The notes: generated by a model from the sequence alone, not told the origin. Counted from the stretch's first letter, positions 9,347 through 18,905 are shown. The stretch: 38,391 nt of DNA from Vulcanimicrobiota bacterium (GCA_040217665.1 JBEHWP010000003.1:1-38391), one strand, 5' to 3'. A program made the numbers and translations.

Positions 9347-10411
9347 TCAACAGCAACAACTCGGCGTTACTTTCGGGGTAATTGTTTCATTCAAAATAGA
9401 TGGTGTAAAGTTAATTTCTTTTACCTTGTTGGTACTGGTATCGAGGTACTGAATTGAAAAACCTGTTGCAAATGTAGAACCAAGGTTATTGGTTTTAGCA
9501 TTTACAGTAGAGGTTGTCATTTTATATGTAATGCCACCCATATCGGAGCCACCTCTGATATCCATATAATAATTGGCATTATTACTCGGTAAATCACCGG
9601 TTTTATTGGATGAACTTAGTCCGTCCATCATATTCTTGGCAGTATTTACATCGGTCTTATAAGTAAACCACACAGGGTCACCTCTCAGAGCAGTAACGGT
9701 TCCGCCTTTATTTTCCACATAGATATTGAAATATGACTGATCGGTAGCCTGTCCATTACCACCACCATTTCCGCTTCCACGGCTCTTCAGAACTACTGTA
9801 GTTCCGTCCGGTTGTTTTACGGAATATTCTATCCCCTGATAGGTATAAGTATTACCGGCAGGATCAGCTATGGAATAACTGTATACTTTCTTGGTAATTT
9901 CATAGGGCCCGACATTAACTACTTCTGAAGAACCATATACATTCTGTCCCGGAACTGTAGGAGCAGGGACTGCAACAGGTGCATTGCCCGGATTGGGATT
10001 GGAATTAGGATCTGCTACCCATGCTGCATAAGCTGTATCCCAGGCAGATTTCTGCTCAAGATAATTGTTATATTCTGTTTCTTTCTGATAATAATCATTC
10101 CATACATTCTGTATGTCTGAACTTGTATTAGCACTGGTAGATATATTGAATGGATCATGGTCGGCCAGACGTTTACCTGTTCTGAGATCGGAAAAATACA
10201 TATGAGCCCATGAATTATTCACTACCCATTCGCTTCCGTTCCATACCATAGCTCCATTGAGATTTGTCAGATGACCTGCATCTTTTATTACTTTTCCTGC
10301 ATCTTCAGTATCTTTTTCAACTGTAATAACAGTGGTTCCGGCAAAAGATACTGACATAACCATGCACATTAAAAGCGCCACTATACTGAGAGTCAATAAA
10401 GTCTTTTTCAT
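9347..10411 (-). CDS. Exported hypothetical protein ending in Cys-Cys-Cys
   Basis: 354-aa ORF; signal peptide MKKTLLTLSIVALLMCMVMSVSFA; N/G/T/S-rich; Pro/Ala linker; C-terminus VTPSCCC; GGAG RBS. Confidence 0.85.
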   Translation of the reverse strand: MKKTLLTLSIVALLMCMVMSVSFAGTTVITVEKDTEDAGKVIKDAGHLTNLNGAMVWNGSEWVVNNSWAHMYFSDLRTGKRLADHDPFNISTSANTSSDIQNVWNDYYQKETEYNNYLEQKSAWDTAYAAWVADPNSNPNPGNAPVAVPAPTVPGQNVYGSSEVVNVGPYEITKKVYSYSIADPAGNTYTYQGIEYSVKQPDGTTVVLKSRGSGNGGGNGQATDQSYFNIYVENKGGTVTALRGDPVWFTYKTDVNTAKNMMDGLSSSNKTGDLPSNNANYYMDIRGGSDMGGITYKMTTSTVNAKTNNLGSTFATGFSIQYLDTSTNKVKEINFTPSILNETITPKVTPSCCC

Positions 10412-10513
10412 ATTTTTTCTCCAGTTTTATCCGGATTTTACGCCTCCTTTCAATATTTGAACATACTAAAAAATTAAGTTGATATCCCCCCCACCTCCTG
10501 CAATAAAAATGAT

Positions 10514-10590
10514 TTATAACACTTTATAATAAACTATACTACTGTAATAATTATAACACTTTTTTTTTCTATGTTGTTACAAAAGTGTTA
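10514..10590. promoter_or_regulatory. Candidate operator/promoter: TAACACTTT motif x3 (two direct, one inverted) overlapping an extended -10
   Basis: TTATAACACTTT at 10514-10525 and 10551-10562, AAAAGTGTTA at 10581-10590; minus-strand TGTTATAAT. Confidence 0.35.
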
Positions 10591-10729
10591 AAAAAATATG
10601 AAAATTTTGTAATATTATTTAATATCGTAGTACTTTTTTAAAAATTTGTAATACTTATAATAGGAAATCTTTTCTATCCAGAGCACCACGCAGAGATTTA
10701 ACTGGTGTCATGTCTACCACTATCAGCAC

Positions 10730-10752
10730 TAAGAGCCTATCCGGAAAGTAAT
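10730..10752. mobile_element. Putative solo IS5-like terminal inverted repeat
   Basis: TAA|GAGCCTATCCGGAAAGTAAT, 16/20 identical to the reverse complement of 14927-14946. Confidence 0.4.
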
Positions 10753-10777
10753 ATTTATTTTCCCATCCCTGGAAGAC

Positions 10778-13231
10778 CTAAAGCCATCCGTTATTTAACT
10801 GACGTAAAGCCTCGTAGATTGCAACAGCAACAGAGCTGGAGAGATTAAAACTTCTGGCCTCACCCCACATGGGTATGGAGAGGCACGAATCTTCATGTTC
10901 CTTCAGCATAGATGACGGAAGTCCCGGTGTTTCAGGGCCAAATACAAGGAAATCTCCTTTTTTATAAGAAACTGCAGTATAGGGTTTTACCACATTGCTG
11001 GAAAAATAGAAAAACCGTCCTTCCGGAAAATCAGCATAAAGTTCTTCCATAGAAGGATAGTAAAACATATTAACAAGATGCCAGTAATCAAGGCCTGCCC
11101 GTTTCAGGGATCTATCGCGAAAAGAAAACCCGAGATTACCAACAAGATAGAGCTTTGAACCGGTTCCCGCGCAGAGACGGGCTATATTACCGGTATTGGG
11201 AGGTATTTTCGGTTCATATAATACTATATTGATATACTGTTCCGGATAATAACTTTCAGGCATTTTATTACACAGTTCCATAACACTTCTCCATTCCGAT
11301 TGTTTTTTTTCTTCTCCCTTACCGGCAGGTATCATTTCATCATAAGAATATTCTTTATCTTCACTCATATCTGCCGATTCTTCTACAAAAACCTCTCTTT
11401 TTTCAGGGGAATATTTTTTACCTGTTTCAGCATAAGGGTTCTGTCGTTTTTTCTCAAGTTTTTCCATGGTTTTTACTGCAGTTCTCCTGATACCGGAATT
11501 TATGTCGTGAAGCAGCAGAGCCAGATGTTCCATTATCAGATCATCAGCCGGAAAATCTCTGAGAACTCCCGCTGCAGTTCTTCTTACTGAACTGTTTTCA
11601 TCTTTAAGATAATTCACTATAATTTCTGCTCCTGTACCAAGTTTTCCCAGTAATTTTAAAGCACATGCTCTTACCTGCGGATCTTTACTCGTCAGGGCAG
11701 ATAAAATCACAGGTTTTGTTCCTTCTCCAAGAGACATGATGAACGTTTCAACAGAATCCTTTATAATGGAATAGCTGTCACCGAGTCCTTTAACAAGAAC
11801 ATCTGTGCCGGTATTACCGAGTGATAAAAGACTCTTATAATCTCTTCCAGCAAAATAATAATCTGCTTTTAAACATATATCTTCTGTATCCCATCCCATG
11901 TTATGAAGTGCCATAGCAGCAGAAAAACGGACATAATTATGTTTATCTTTCAGGGCAGGTAATATAACGAAAGAAGCTCCCATGCCCATATTCCCTGCTG
12001 CTCTTACGGCAAGTTTTCTGATATAGCTCCTTTTATGGTCTATAAAATCTTTCAATCCTTCCAGTGCTCTCGTATCTGCAAGTTTTCCCAGTGCTTTTAT
12101 TACTTCCGAACATACGGCCCAGTCTTCATCATAAAGAGTCTTTAAAAGTGCAGGAACAGCTTCTTCTGCCCCGATGTTTCCGAGAGCTCTTGCAGAAAGA
12201 AACCTCACCTGCGGTCTATCACTTTCAAGAGAAGAAATAAAAACAGAAAAAGCCCTTTTATCCTCTATGGAATACAGAGCTTCAACTATAGAATCTTCAA
12301 ACTCTTCTTTTCTTTTTCCGTATAAACCTATGAGAAAAGGTACAGATTCAGGCTTCTTTATAGCACCGAGTGCTTTTACTGCAAGTCTCTTAATCTCGAG
12401 ATTTTTGTCATTTTTTATAATATCCATAAGAGCTTCTATAGAAGCACTGCTGGAAAGTTCTCCAAGGGCCCTGACTGCAGCCAGACGCAATTCCGGTTCA
12501 TTTTCTTTCAGTTTATAACATAATGTATCTACAGCTCTTTCATCTCCGATTTTTCCCAGAGCTTCAACTACCTTTATTTGCAATTCCAGATCTGCTTCTT
12601 TCAGAAGCTCCATAAGAGGAATAAAAGCTCTCCTGTCGCCTATATTTCCTAAAGCTTCGGCTGCTCTTATATTAACCCTCAGATTATTGAGTTTCAATAC
12701 GTCTATAAGAGGAACAACTGCCCTATTATCTCCTATAATCCCCAGGGAATGGGCTGATTTACAGGCGAGATCCCAGTTTTTAGGAATATAATTGAGATGT
12801 TCTATAAAAAGATGAAATGCTTCTTCACCGAGTTTAATCAATTCACCAAAATTACCACGTGCAAAATAATATCTCAACTTTTCCTCAAAACTGAAAGGTT
12901 TCCAGTCAAAAGCTGTGAGCACTTCTGCAGCCATAGTGTAAACCTTCCTCTCAGGATCACTTAAAGCTTTTACAAGTTCTCCCGTAGCAGATTTTTCCTG
13001 AAGCTGTCCTATAGACCATATGGCATCACATCTGACATACCAGTCACTATCATTCACGGCTTCAATAAAAATAGAAAGTGATGAACCTTTAAAATATGCT
13101 ATCAGCAAATCTGCTGCCCTGTGCCTTACTGCAAGATTTCTATGTCTCAAAGCAGATTTCAATAATTCCATATTTTCACCTGTAAAATCCAGAGACACAA
13201 ATTCATGAGGAACAATATTCTGTATATTCAT
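10778..13231 (-). CDS. trmL: HEAT (PBS-lyase-type) repeat protein fused to a C-terminal TrmL-type tRNA 2'-O-methyltransferase (SPOUT) domain
   Basis: Many VR..AA.ALG.IG repeats; C-terminal IVLYEPKIPPNTGNIARLC, LKRAGLDYW, FGPETPGLP, IPM..ARSFNLSSSVAVAIYEALRQ. Confidence 0.88.
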   Translation of the reverse strand: MNIQNIVPHEFVSLDFTGENMELLKSALRHRNLAVRHRAADLLIAYFKGSSLSIFIEAVNDSDWYVRCDAIWSIGQLQEKSATGELVKALSDPERKVYTMAAEVLTAFDWKPFSFEEKLRYYFARGNFGELIKLGEEAFHLFIEHLNYIPKNWDLACKSAHSLGIIGDNRAVVPLIDVLKLNNLRVNIRAAEALGNIGDRRAFIPLMELLKEADLELQIKVVEALGKIGDERAVDTLCYKLKENEPELRLAAVRALGELSSSASIEALMDIIKNDKNLEIKRLAVKALGAIKKPESVPFLIGLYGKRKEEFEDSIVEALYSIEDKRAFSVFISSLESDRPQVRFLSARALGNIGAEEAVPALLKTLYDEDWAVCSEVIKALGKLADTRALEGLKDFIDHKRSYIRKLAVRAAGNMGMGASFVILPALKDKHNYVRFSAAMALHNMGWDTEDICLKADYYFAGRDYKSLLSLGNTGTDVLVKGLGDSYSIIKDSVETFIMSLGEGTKPVILSALTSKDPQVRACALKLLGKLGTGAEIIVNYLKDENSSVRRTAAGVLRDFPADDLIMEHLALLLHDINSGIRRTAVKTMEKLEKKRQNPYAETGKKYSPEKREVFVEESADMSEDKEYSYDEMIPAGKGEEKKQSEWRSVMELCNKMPESYYPEQYINIVLYEPKIPPNTGNIARLCAGTGSKLYLVGNLGFSFRDRSLKRAGLDYWHLVNMFYYPSMEELYADFPEGRFFYFSSNVVKPYTAVSYKKGDFLVFGPETPGLPSSMLKEHEDSCLSIPMWGEARSFNLSSSVAVAIYEALRQLNNGWL

Positions 13232-13251
13232 AAATAATTCAGTCCTTATTT

Positions 13252-13374
13252 CGTGACCCGTAACGTGTGACGGGTATACTATAATGCGTGATACGTAATG
13301 CGTAACTAATCTCAGGGCGTTTAATTAAACGCACATGCTCACCATTTACGCCTCACTTTTCACTTTTCACTCTT
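13252..13374. repeat. Mosaic element: (CGTGACG/CGTAATG)n + palindrome GCGTTTAATTAAACGC + (TCACTTT)n
   Basis: 21-mer TCAGGGCGTTTAATTAAACGC (13312-13332) is identical to 24502-24522. Confidence 0.85.
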
Positions 13375-13386
13375 CCCATATAAATA

Positions 13387-14598
13387 TTACCCATTATTGA
13401 TACTTTCCAGAATTAATTTCACTGCTCTGTCAGCAGCTCCTGGAAAATACAATTTTTTCAATTCTTCCGACATAATCTTAAATTTTTCACTGTCTTTTAA
13501 CAATTGAAGAGTTTTTGCTGTTACTTTTTCGGGAGTGATGAATTCAGTCATTTCAGGAACAATCTCCCTTCCTGCAAGAATATTCGGTAAAGCAGTGAAA
13601 CCGAACGTTTTCACAAGTTGTAATATCAACCTGCCTTTCAGATAGGAACCGAATGGTATTAAATCCAGAAGTCCGACAAAACCACAGTAAGGTATTAAAT
13701 CAGGTCTGTTCATTGGTGTTATTACGATCATAGGCTTTCCGAGAACTGCTGCCTCTGAAGATTTTGTTCCGGGAATAGTAATGACAAAATCTGCTCTGGC
13801 TATAGCTCCCGTACCTCCCTGATATAATAAGACTCTTACACCGGAAGAAGTCTCAAGATAACTACCTTCTTTCTGAAATTTCGCATCACTTCCTGTAAAA
13901 CCCCGTGCAACGGGAGAAGATAAAATTTTCAAAAAAACTTCCATTGAAATAAAAGGGGAAAGAGAAAGAATAAAAGAAGCTGAAGGAATTTCAATAGAAA
14001 TAAGTTCTGCAATCTTCATAAAAAATTTCACAAGACACTTCAACTCATGGGAGCGGCTTCCTGGCATGAAACAGATAACAGGATGTCCGGAAACCATGTC
14101 TTTATGTTCTTTCTCATCTTTCAGTTCATCCAGAACCGCATCTGCTACAAATTCTCCTATAACTTCAATTTTTTCTTCTTTTATACCATGTTCCAGCATA
14201 ATCTCTTTAAATTTTTTCTGCGGTACCAGATATTTAATAAAATAAGAATCCCATATTTTATTGGCCCATTTATAAGCAATAGCTTTTATATTAAATCTCC
14301 GGGCCATAAGAGCAGAGTGAAACAGATCTCCTCCCAGATGAACTATAATATGAGGAGGGAATTTTTCAAAAACCTTTAACTTTTTATATAAAAACATAAC
14401 ATATAAATATTCTTTCCCTGTAACAACACCGTCTATAAAAGACATTTCAGAGGCAACTCTTTTTTCCTGGCCGCTGGAAAAAACACATGGAAGGAGTACA
14501 AGTATAATATTATTACCGGTTTCTTTAAGTCTTCTCGCGAGAGGTCTGGCCCATCCGTAAAGTTCACCGGGGCTGTTTGCAGTAATAATTATGTTCAT
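13387..14598 (-). CDS. lpxB: Lipid-A-disaccharide synthase-like glycosyltransferase
   Basis: CFMPGSRSHE, GTKSSEAAVLGKPMIV and ALPNILAGREIVPE motifs; divergent N-terminus (ANSPGE). Confidence 0.72.
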   Translation of the reverse strand: MNIIITANSPGELYGWARPLARRLKETGNNIILVLLPCVFSSGQEKRVASEMSFIDGVVTGKEYLYVMFLYKKLKVFEKFPPHIIVHLGGDLFHSALMARRFNIKAIAYKWANKIWDSYFIKYLVPQKKFKEIMLEHGIKEEKIEVIGEFVADAVLDELKDEKEHKDMVSGHPVICFMPGSRSHELKCLVKFFMKIAELISIEIPSASFILSLSPFISMEVFLKILSSPVARGFTGSDAKFQKEGSYLETSSGVRVLLYQGGTGAIARADFVITIPGTKSSEAAVLGKPMIVITPMNRPDLIPYCGFVGLLDLIPFGSYLKGRLILQLVKTFGFTALPNILAGREIVPEMTEFITPEKVTAKTLQLLKDSEKFKIMSEELKKLYFPGAADRAVKLILESINNG

Positions 14599-14657
14599 AA
14601 AATACGTAACGCGTTATGACTCATTCACTACTGACGTAAGCATAAATAATACATAAC

Positions 14658-14721
14658 TGCTCTCGTAACGCATGACGGGACTAAGACCTATATTTCATGC
14701 TTATAGTCAGCTCAATAATTA
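14658..14721. repeat. Dispersed 64-bp intergenic repeat, copy 1
   Basis: 55/64 identical to 34883-34953 by manual alignment, with one 7-bp indel. Confidence 0.85.
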
Positions 14722-14902
14722 TAAATTGTTATGACTTGACTTTGGCCATTTTATTCAGGACTTAAATCAAAGTCTTATTGGTGAGTCTAATTGTCCACAG
14801 TCGAATTATGAATAATATAAATTATAATTTCTCTAATCAGGACTCTATTCCTTCTATAAAAAAGAGAGGATTTTTTTGTATTATGAAGAAATTTTAATAT
14901 AG

Positions 14903-14949
14903 TAAGAACCCACCGGAAGTTATTTGATGACTTTTTGAATAGGCTCTAA
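14903..14949. mobile_element. Putative 41-bp MITE remnant flanked by TAA
   Basis: TAA|GAACCCACCGGAAGTTAT-TTG-ATGACTTTTTGAATAGGCTC|TAA; imperfect inverted ends related to 10733-10752. Confidence 0.4.
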
Positions 14950-14989
14950 GAAACCACTCACTATTCATTCAAACAGAAAGGAATGTTTT

Positions 14990-15922
14990 ATGAAAAAACT
15001 GACTTATTTTTTACTTACAGTAATCATGTTCCTATCATTCACATCCAACGCCTTCTCTGCAAGAACAAATGCAGATAAATTTATTAAAGACCTGGGAAGC
15101 AGTGATACGGAAAAAATCAAAATAGCACAGGAACAGTTAATTTTACTGGGTAAAGACGGAATACCTGAGCTTATAAAAGCTCTTGATAATGAAAATGCTC
15201 AAATAAGGGGTTATGTTGCCGTAACACTCGGTATGATGAAGGCAAAAGATGCTGTAGATAAACTTGTTCTAACACTCAAAGACTCTTCTTCAAGCGTAAG
15301 GGTAAGTGCCATATGGGCTCTTGGAGAAATAAGGGATGACAGAGCAATAAAACCGGTGGAAGATATTTATAAAAATTCTTCAGGTCTTGAAAAATTATCA
15401 TCTACAGTATCACTCATACATCTTGGACAGCCTGAAAAAATTACCGTCTTAATAGAATTCCTTATGAATGAAAACGGCTATGTAAGAAGGACTGCGGCAA
15501 ATGCTCTGGGAGAACTCAGAGGTGAACCTCAGGGAGATTATGAAGGTGTAAAAAAACTTGTAGATACAATGGTTAACGCCGGTACAGTAGAAGAAGATAT
15601 TAAAACGGCAGGGAAAATGCTCCTTGACAAAAAACTCCGTGCCCTCTATCCTCTCATAGAAACCCTTAACGATAGTAATGAACAAAAAAGAGCAGTAGCC
15701 GCTTTATACCTGGCCCGGTTAGATAATGAAGTATCCATAATACCTCTCGGTATAACCTTAAAAAAGGATACTTCCCCTTATGTGCGTTCCACTGTGGCAG
15801 ATGCATTGAAGAAAATGAATGATGCAAGAGCTCTGCCCTATCTGAAAGATGCTCTGAAAAAAGAAAGTGACGGTAAAGCCAGGACAGCTATTGAAGAGGC
15901 AATAAAGAAGATTAAGAAATAA
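14990..15922 (+). CDS. Exported HEAT-repeat protein
   Basis: Signal peptide MKKLTYFLLTVIMFLSFTSNAFS; VRVSAIWALGEI and VRRTAANALGEL repeats; GAAAGGA RBS. Confidence 0.88.
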   Translation: MKKLTYFLLTVIMFLSFTSNAFSARTNADKFIKDLGSSDTEKIKIAQEQLILLGKDGIPELIKALDNENAQIRGYVAVTLGMMKAKDAVDKLVLTLKDSSSSVRVSAIWALGEIRDDRAIKPVEDIYKNSSGLEKLSSTVSLIHLGQPEKITVLIEFLMNENGYVRRTAANALGELRGEPQGDYEGVKKLVDTMVNAGTVEEDIKTAGKMLLDKKLRALYPLIETLNDSNEQKRAVAALYLARLDNEVSIIPLGITLKKDTSPYVRSTVADALKKMNDARALPYLKDALKKESDGKARTAIEEAIKKIKK

Positions 15923-15927
15923 TAGTC

Positions 15928-15965
15928 GTAATGCGTGACGCGTCTCACGCCGCGTCACGCGTTAC
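15928..15965. repeat. Heptamer-built hairpin between convergent genes (possible bidirectional terminator)
   Basis: GTAATGCGTGACGCG-8 nt-CGCGTCACGCGTTAC, a 15-bp stem; includes the iorB stop codon. Confidence 0.8.
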
Positions 15966-16504
15966 AAATTAAGTCCCCGTCGAAAAGCGTGAAGATTCTT
16001 CTCTATTACCCGGGGATTACCGGTTTTACTTATAGCTCTCTCAACAGAATCTGCAGGGAAACTCTCTTCTGTAGCAATAAAACGTCCCAGAAGAACAAGG
16101 TTGGCAGAAGGTAGAGATTGAAGTTCAGCAGCAATAGATGTGGCATTAATTAATACAGAAGTTACATTACGTTTCACAAGTATTTCTTTAAATGGCTCAG
16201 GGGGAAATTTTTCACCTGCTGTATCAATATAAATATGTCCTCCATACCTGATAAAAGAAAGATTTCGACAGGCTTCACTTTCTTCAAGAGCAAATATAAC
16301 AGACGCTCTCCCCTGCCTTACAAGAGGGCCTGAGAAATCGCCGATCCTGAGATGTGATACCACACTCCCTCCTCTCTGGCTCATACCATGCACTTCAGAG
16401 CCGATAAAAGGAAGATTGTTTTCTTTTGCAATAAAAGCAAGAACTTTTGTTAAAAAAAGTACCCCCTGCCCTCCAAGACCTGTAATGATAAATTCATGTT
16501 CCAT
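15962..16504 (-). CDS. iorB: Indolepyruvate:ferredoxin oxidoreductase beta subunit
   Basis: ITGLGGQGVL, SEVHGMSQRGGSVVSHLRIG, ANLVLLG; follows iorA. Confidence 0.92.
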   Translation of the reverse strand: MEHEFIITGLGGQGVLFLTKVLAFIAKENNLPFIGSEVHGMSQRGGSVVSHLRIGDFSGPLVRQGRASVIFALEESEACRNLSFIRYGGHIYIDTAGEKFPPEPFKEILVKRNVTSVLINATSIAAELQSLPSANLVLLGRFIATEESFPADSVERAISKTGNPRVIEKNLHAFRRGLNL

Positions 16505-16559
16505 AAAAATCTCCTTTACCAGTTAGCAGTTATAATATATAAAGTAATGTTCGCTATAA

Positions 16560-18425
16560 CTACTGTTCACCGTTCACTGTCCCGATCGCTCCGAAAGGAC
16601 ATATATTTATATCTGCACAGACTCCGCAATCTATGCAAATTTTTCTATTTATGTCAACCCTGCCTTCCTTGAAGATAAGAGCAGGACATTCAAAAGCTCT
16701 GATACAGTATCTGCATCCTGTGCAGTTATCCTTTATATAAACCTTCTTTTGTGAAGGTTTTCTCTTATTTTTCGTATAAAGAACACACGGGTGTTTTGCT
16801 ATTATAACAGCAATCCCTCCGTCTGCCTTCATGGTATATTCTCCCGCCTCTTTAATGACAGAAATAAACCCGGAAAGTTCATATGGATCCAATTCCTTTA
16901 TATATGTTACTCCACATCCCTTTACAAGATCAATCAGTGGAACTTTATTTCCTTCAGTTCCGTCAGGCAGTTCTCCTGTTCCCGCAGTGGGTTGCATACC
17001 TGTCATGGCAGTTATACTGTTATCCAGTATGACAAGAATAAACCTTGCTTTATTGTACACACCGTTCAACAGCCCGGCTGTTCCTGAATGATAAAAGGTA
17101 GAATCTCCTACGGTGGCAATAACAGTTTTTTTAATTTCATCCTGATGGCAGGCCTGATAGAAGCCTGTTGCCATAGTAATTGATGCTCCCATATCAAGGA
17201 CAGTATCTACGGCACCAAGGTTTATACCCAGAGTATAACAGCCAATATCACCGGTAAATATGGCTTCAGGAAATGCTTTCTTTATGGCATAAAAAGCTGC
17301 TCTGTGACCGCAACCGGGACATAGAGTCGGTATGTGAACAGGTAATTTCATAGATTCCATAGAAGATTTAATGGAAGTAATGAAATCAGTATCATCTTCC
17401 AGGTCTTTATTCCAGACAGATTTTATAGAAGAATATATGATCTCCGGTGTGAGTTCTCCTTCTCCGGGAATATGTCCTGTAGAACGGCCGAGAATTTTTT
17501 CCCGGGTCTTTATCTGCATTTCTATAACAGGTTCCGTATCTTCTATTATAAGAACTTTTTTACATCTGATACAGAAATCAGAAACTGTTCGAGCCGGGAA
17601 CGGATAGGGCACACAGAGTTTAAGTACCGGTATAACAGTATCCAGAGACAGTTCCCGTAAAATATCTTTTAATATGGCATAAGAAACGCCGGAAGATATT
17701 ATACCCAGTTCAAAAGCATTTCCATCCAGACTCACAGAGGTTAAATCGTTATCATGCAAAACGTCTTCAGCGATACAGACAAGTTTTTCATTCAACTCTC
17801 TGTGAAGTTTATATCTATATGCAGGAGTGGCAGCCCATCTGGAAGGATCTTTTTTAAAAGCAGCTTTTCTTTCACAATTCTTTACAGGGCCTGTTTTAAT
17901 ACTGGCCAGGCCATGACAGACCCTTGTAGTGGAACGGACTATAACAGGTATCTCATATTTTTCCGACACAGCAAAAGCTTTGCCTATCACATCATGTGCC
18001 TCCTGAGGATGGGACGGATCAAAAACAGGCACATGGGCAAACATGGCAAAAAAGCGACTGTCCTGTTCAGTTTGAGATGAATGGGGCCCGGGATCATCAC
18101 AGGAAACTATAATCATGCCCCCCTTAACACCTGTATAGGCAGAACTCATAAGAGAATCAGAAGCCACATTTAGTCCTACCTGTTTCATAATTACACAGGA
18201 ACGTTTTCCTGTAAGGCTTGCAGCATAGGCATTATCAAAAGCAACCTTTTCATTTACAGACCATTCAATATAAGTGTTTAAACCGAACGTTTTCTTATAT
18301 CTTACCACTTCAGGAAGTATTTCAGAACTCGGTGTGCCAGGATAAGAATAAACCATATGACAGCCATTTTCTATAAGGCCCCTTGCTATTGCTCCGTTAC
18401 CAAGTAAAATTTCCTGTTCTGACAT
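16560..18425 (-). CDS. iorA: Indolepyruvate:ferredoxin oxidoreductase alpha subunit
   Basis: YPGTPSSE, EWSVNEKVA, DDPGPHSSQTEQDSR, LCPGCGHR, GDIGCYTLG, GDSTFYHSG; C-terminal ferredoxin-type Cys motifs. Confidence 0.95.
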   Translation of the reverse strand: MSEQEILLGNGAIARGLIENGCHMVYSYPGTPSSEILPEVVRYKKTFGLNTYIEWSVNEKVAFDNAYAASLTGKRSCVIMKQVGLNVASDSLMSSAYTGVKGGMIIVSCDDPGPHSSQTEQDSRFFAMFAHVPVFDPSHPQEAHDVIGKAFAVSEKYEIPVIVRSTTRVCHGLASIKTGPVKNCERKAAFKKDPSRWAATPAYRYKLHRELNEKLVCIAEDVLHDNDLTSVSLDGNAFELGIISSGVSYAILKDILRELSLDTVIPVLKLCVPYPFPARTVSDFCIRCKKVLIIEDTEPVIEMQIKTREKILGRSTGHIPGEGELTPEIIYSSIKSVWNKDLEDDTDFITSIKSSMESMKLPVHIPTLCPGCGHRAAFYAIKKAFPEAIFTGDIGCYTLGINLGAVDTVLDMGASITMATGFYQACHQDEIKKTVIATVGDSTFYHSGTAGLLNGVYNKARFILVILDNSITAMTGMQPTAGTGELPDGTEGNKVPLIDLVKGCGVTYIKELDPYELSGFISVIKEAGEYTMKADGGIAVIIAKHPCVLYTKNKRKPSQKKVYIKDNCTGCRYCIRAFECPALIFKEGRVDINRKICIDCGVCADINICPFGAIGTVNGEQ

Positions 18426-18428
18426 ATG

Positions 18429-18905
18429 CTAAAACACATCGGATCCGCCTGTATCAGGCATGAGGAATCCGTCTCTTTCTTCATATCTTTCATAAGAAAT
18501 TACGTCACCGGTTTTCTTATCGATTCTGGCTTCTTCAATATCCCTGTAACATGGAAATTCCTGGTACATATCATCTTTTCTGTAACTCAATATTCCTTCT
18601 TCTTTATTATCTCTGTAACTGTAATTTACACCCACTCCGTCAGGCTTATCATAGTTAACGGTTATAAACATGTCGTTCGTATGTTTTGTTGCAGGATCAA
18701 ACTGCACTTTCCCTGTATATTTTTTCATTTTTTCCGTTCCTCCGAGATCGGAAAAATTTAATTCTACAACACCTCTTGCACTGTTTAAATCCACCTTATC
18801 GTCAATATCAAAAGGCTGAACTTTTTCACTTACTGCCTGAAACTCGGCAACAAGTTTTTTCGCCGCCTGAAAATTTGTATTGACTCCTGTTTTTCCTATA
18901 TCCAT
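18429..18905 (-). CDS. Hypothetical protein
   Basis: 158-aa ORF, strong RBS TAAGGAGA, 3 bp upstream of iorA; no family recognised. Confidence 0.75.
   Translation of the reverse strand: MDIGKTGVNTNFQAAKKLVAEFQAVSEKVQPFDIDDKVDLNSARGVVELNFSDLGGTEKMKKYTGKVQFDPATKHTNDMFITVNYDKPDGVGVNYSYRDNKEEGILSYRKDDMYQEFPCYRDIEEARIDKKTGDVISYERYEERDGFLMPDTGGSDVF

Noticed and set aside
9295-9349. Selenocysteine recoding of the TGA after CCC, with the hairpin as SECIS
   Set aside because: The hairpin is a perfect GAAA-capped stem about 26 nt away and looks like a terminator; TGA TAA is an ordinary tandem stop
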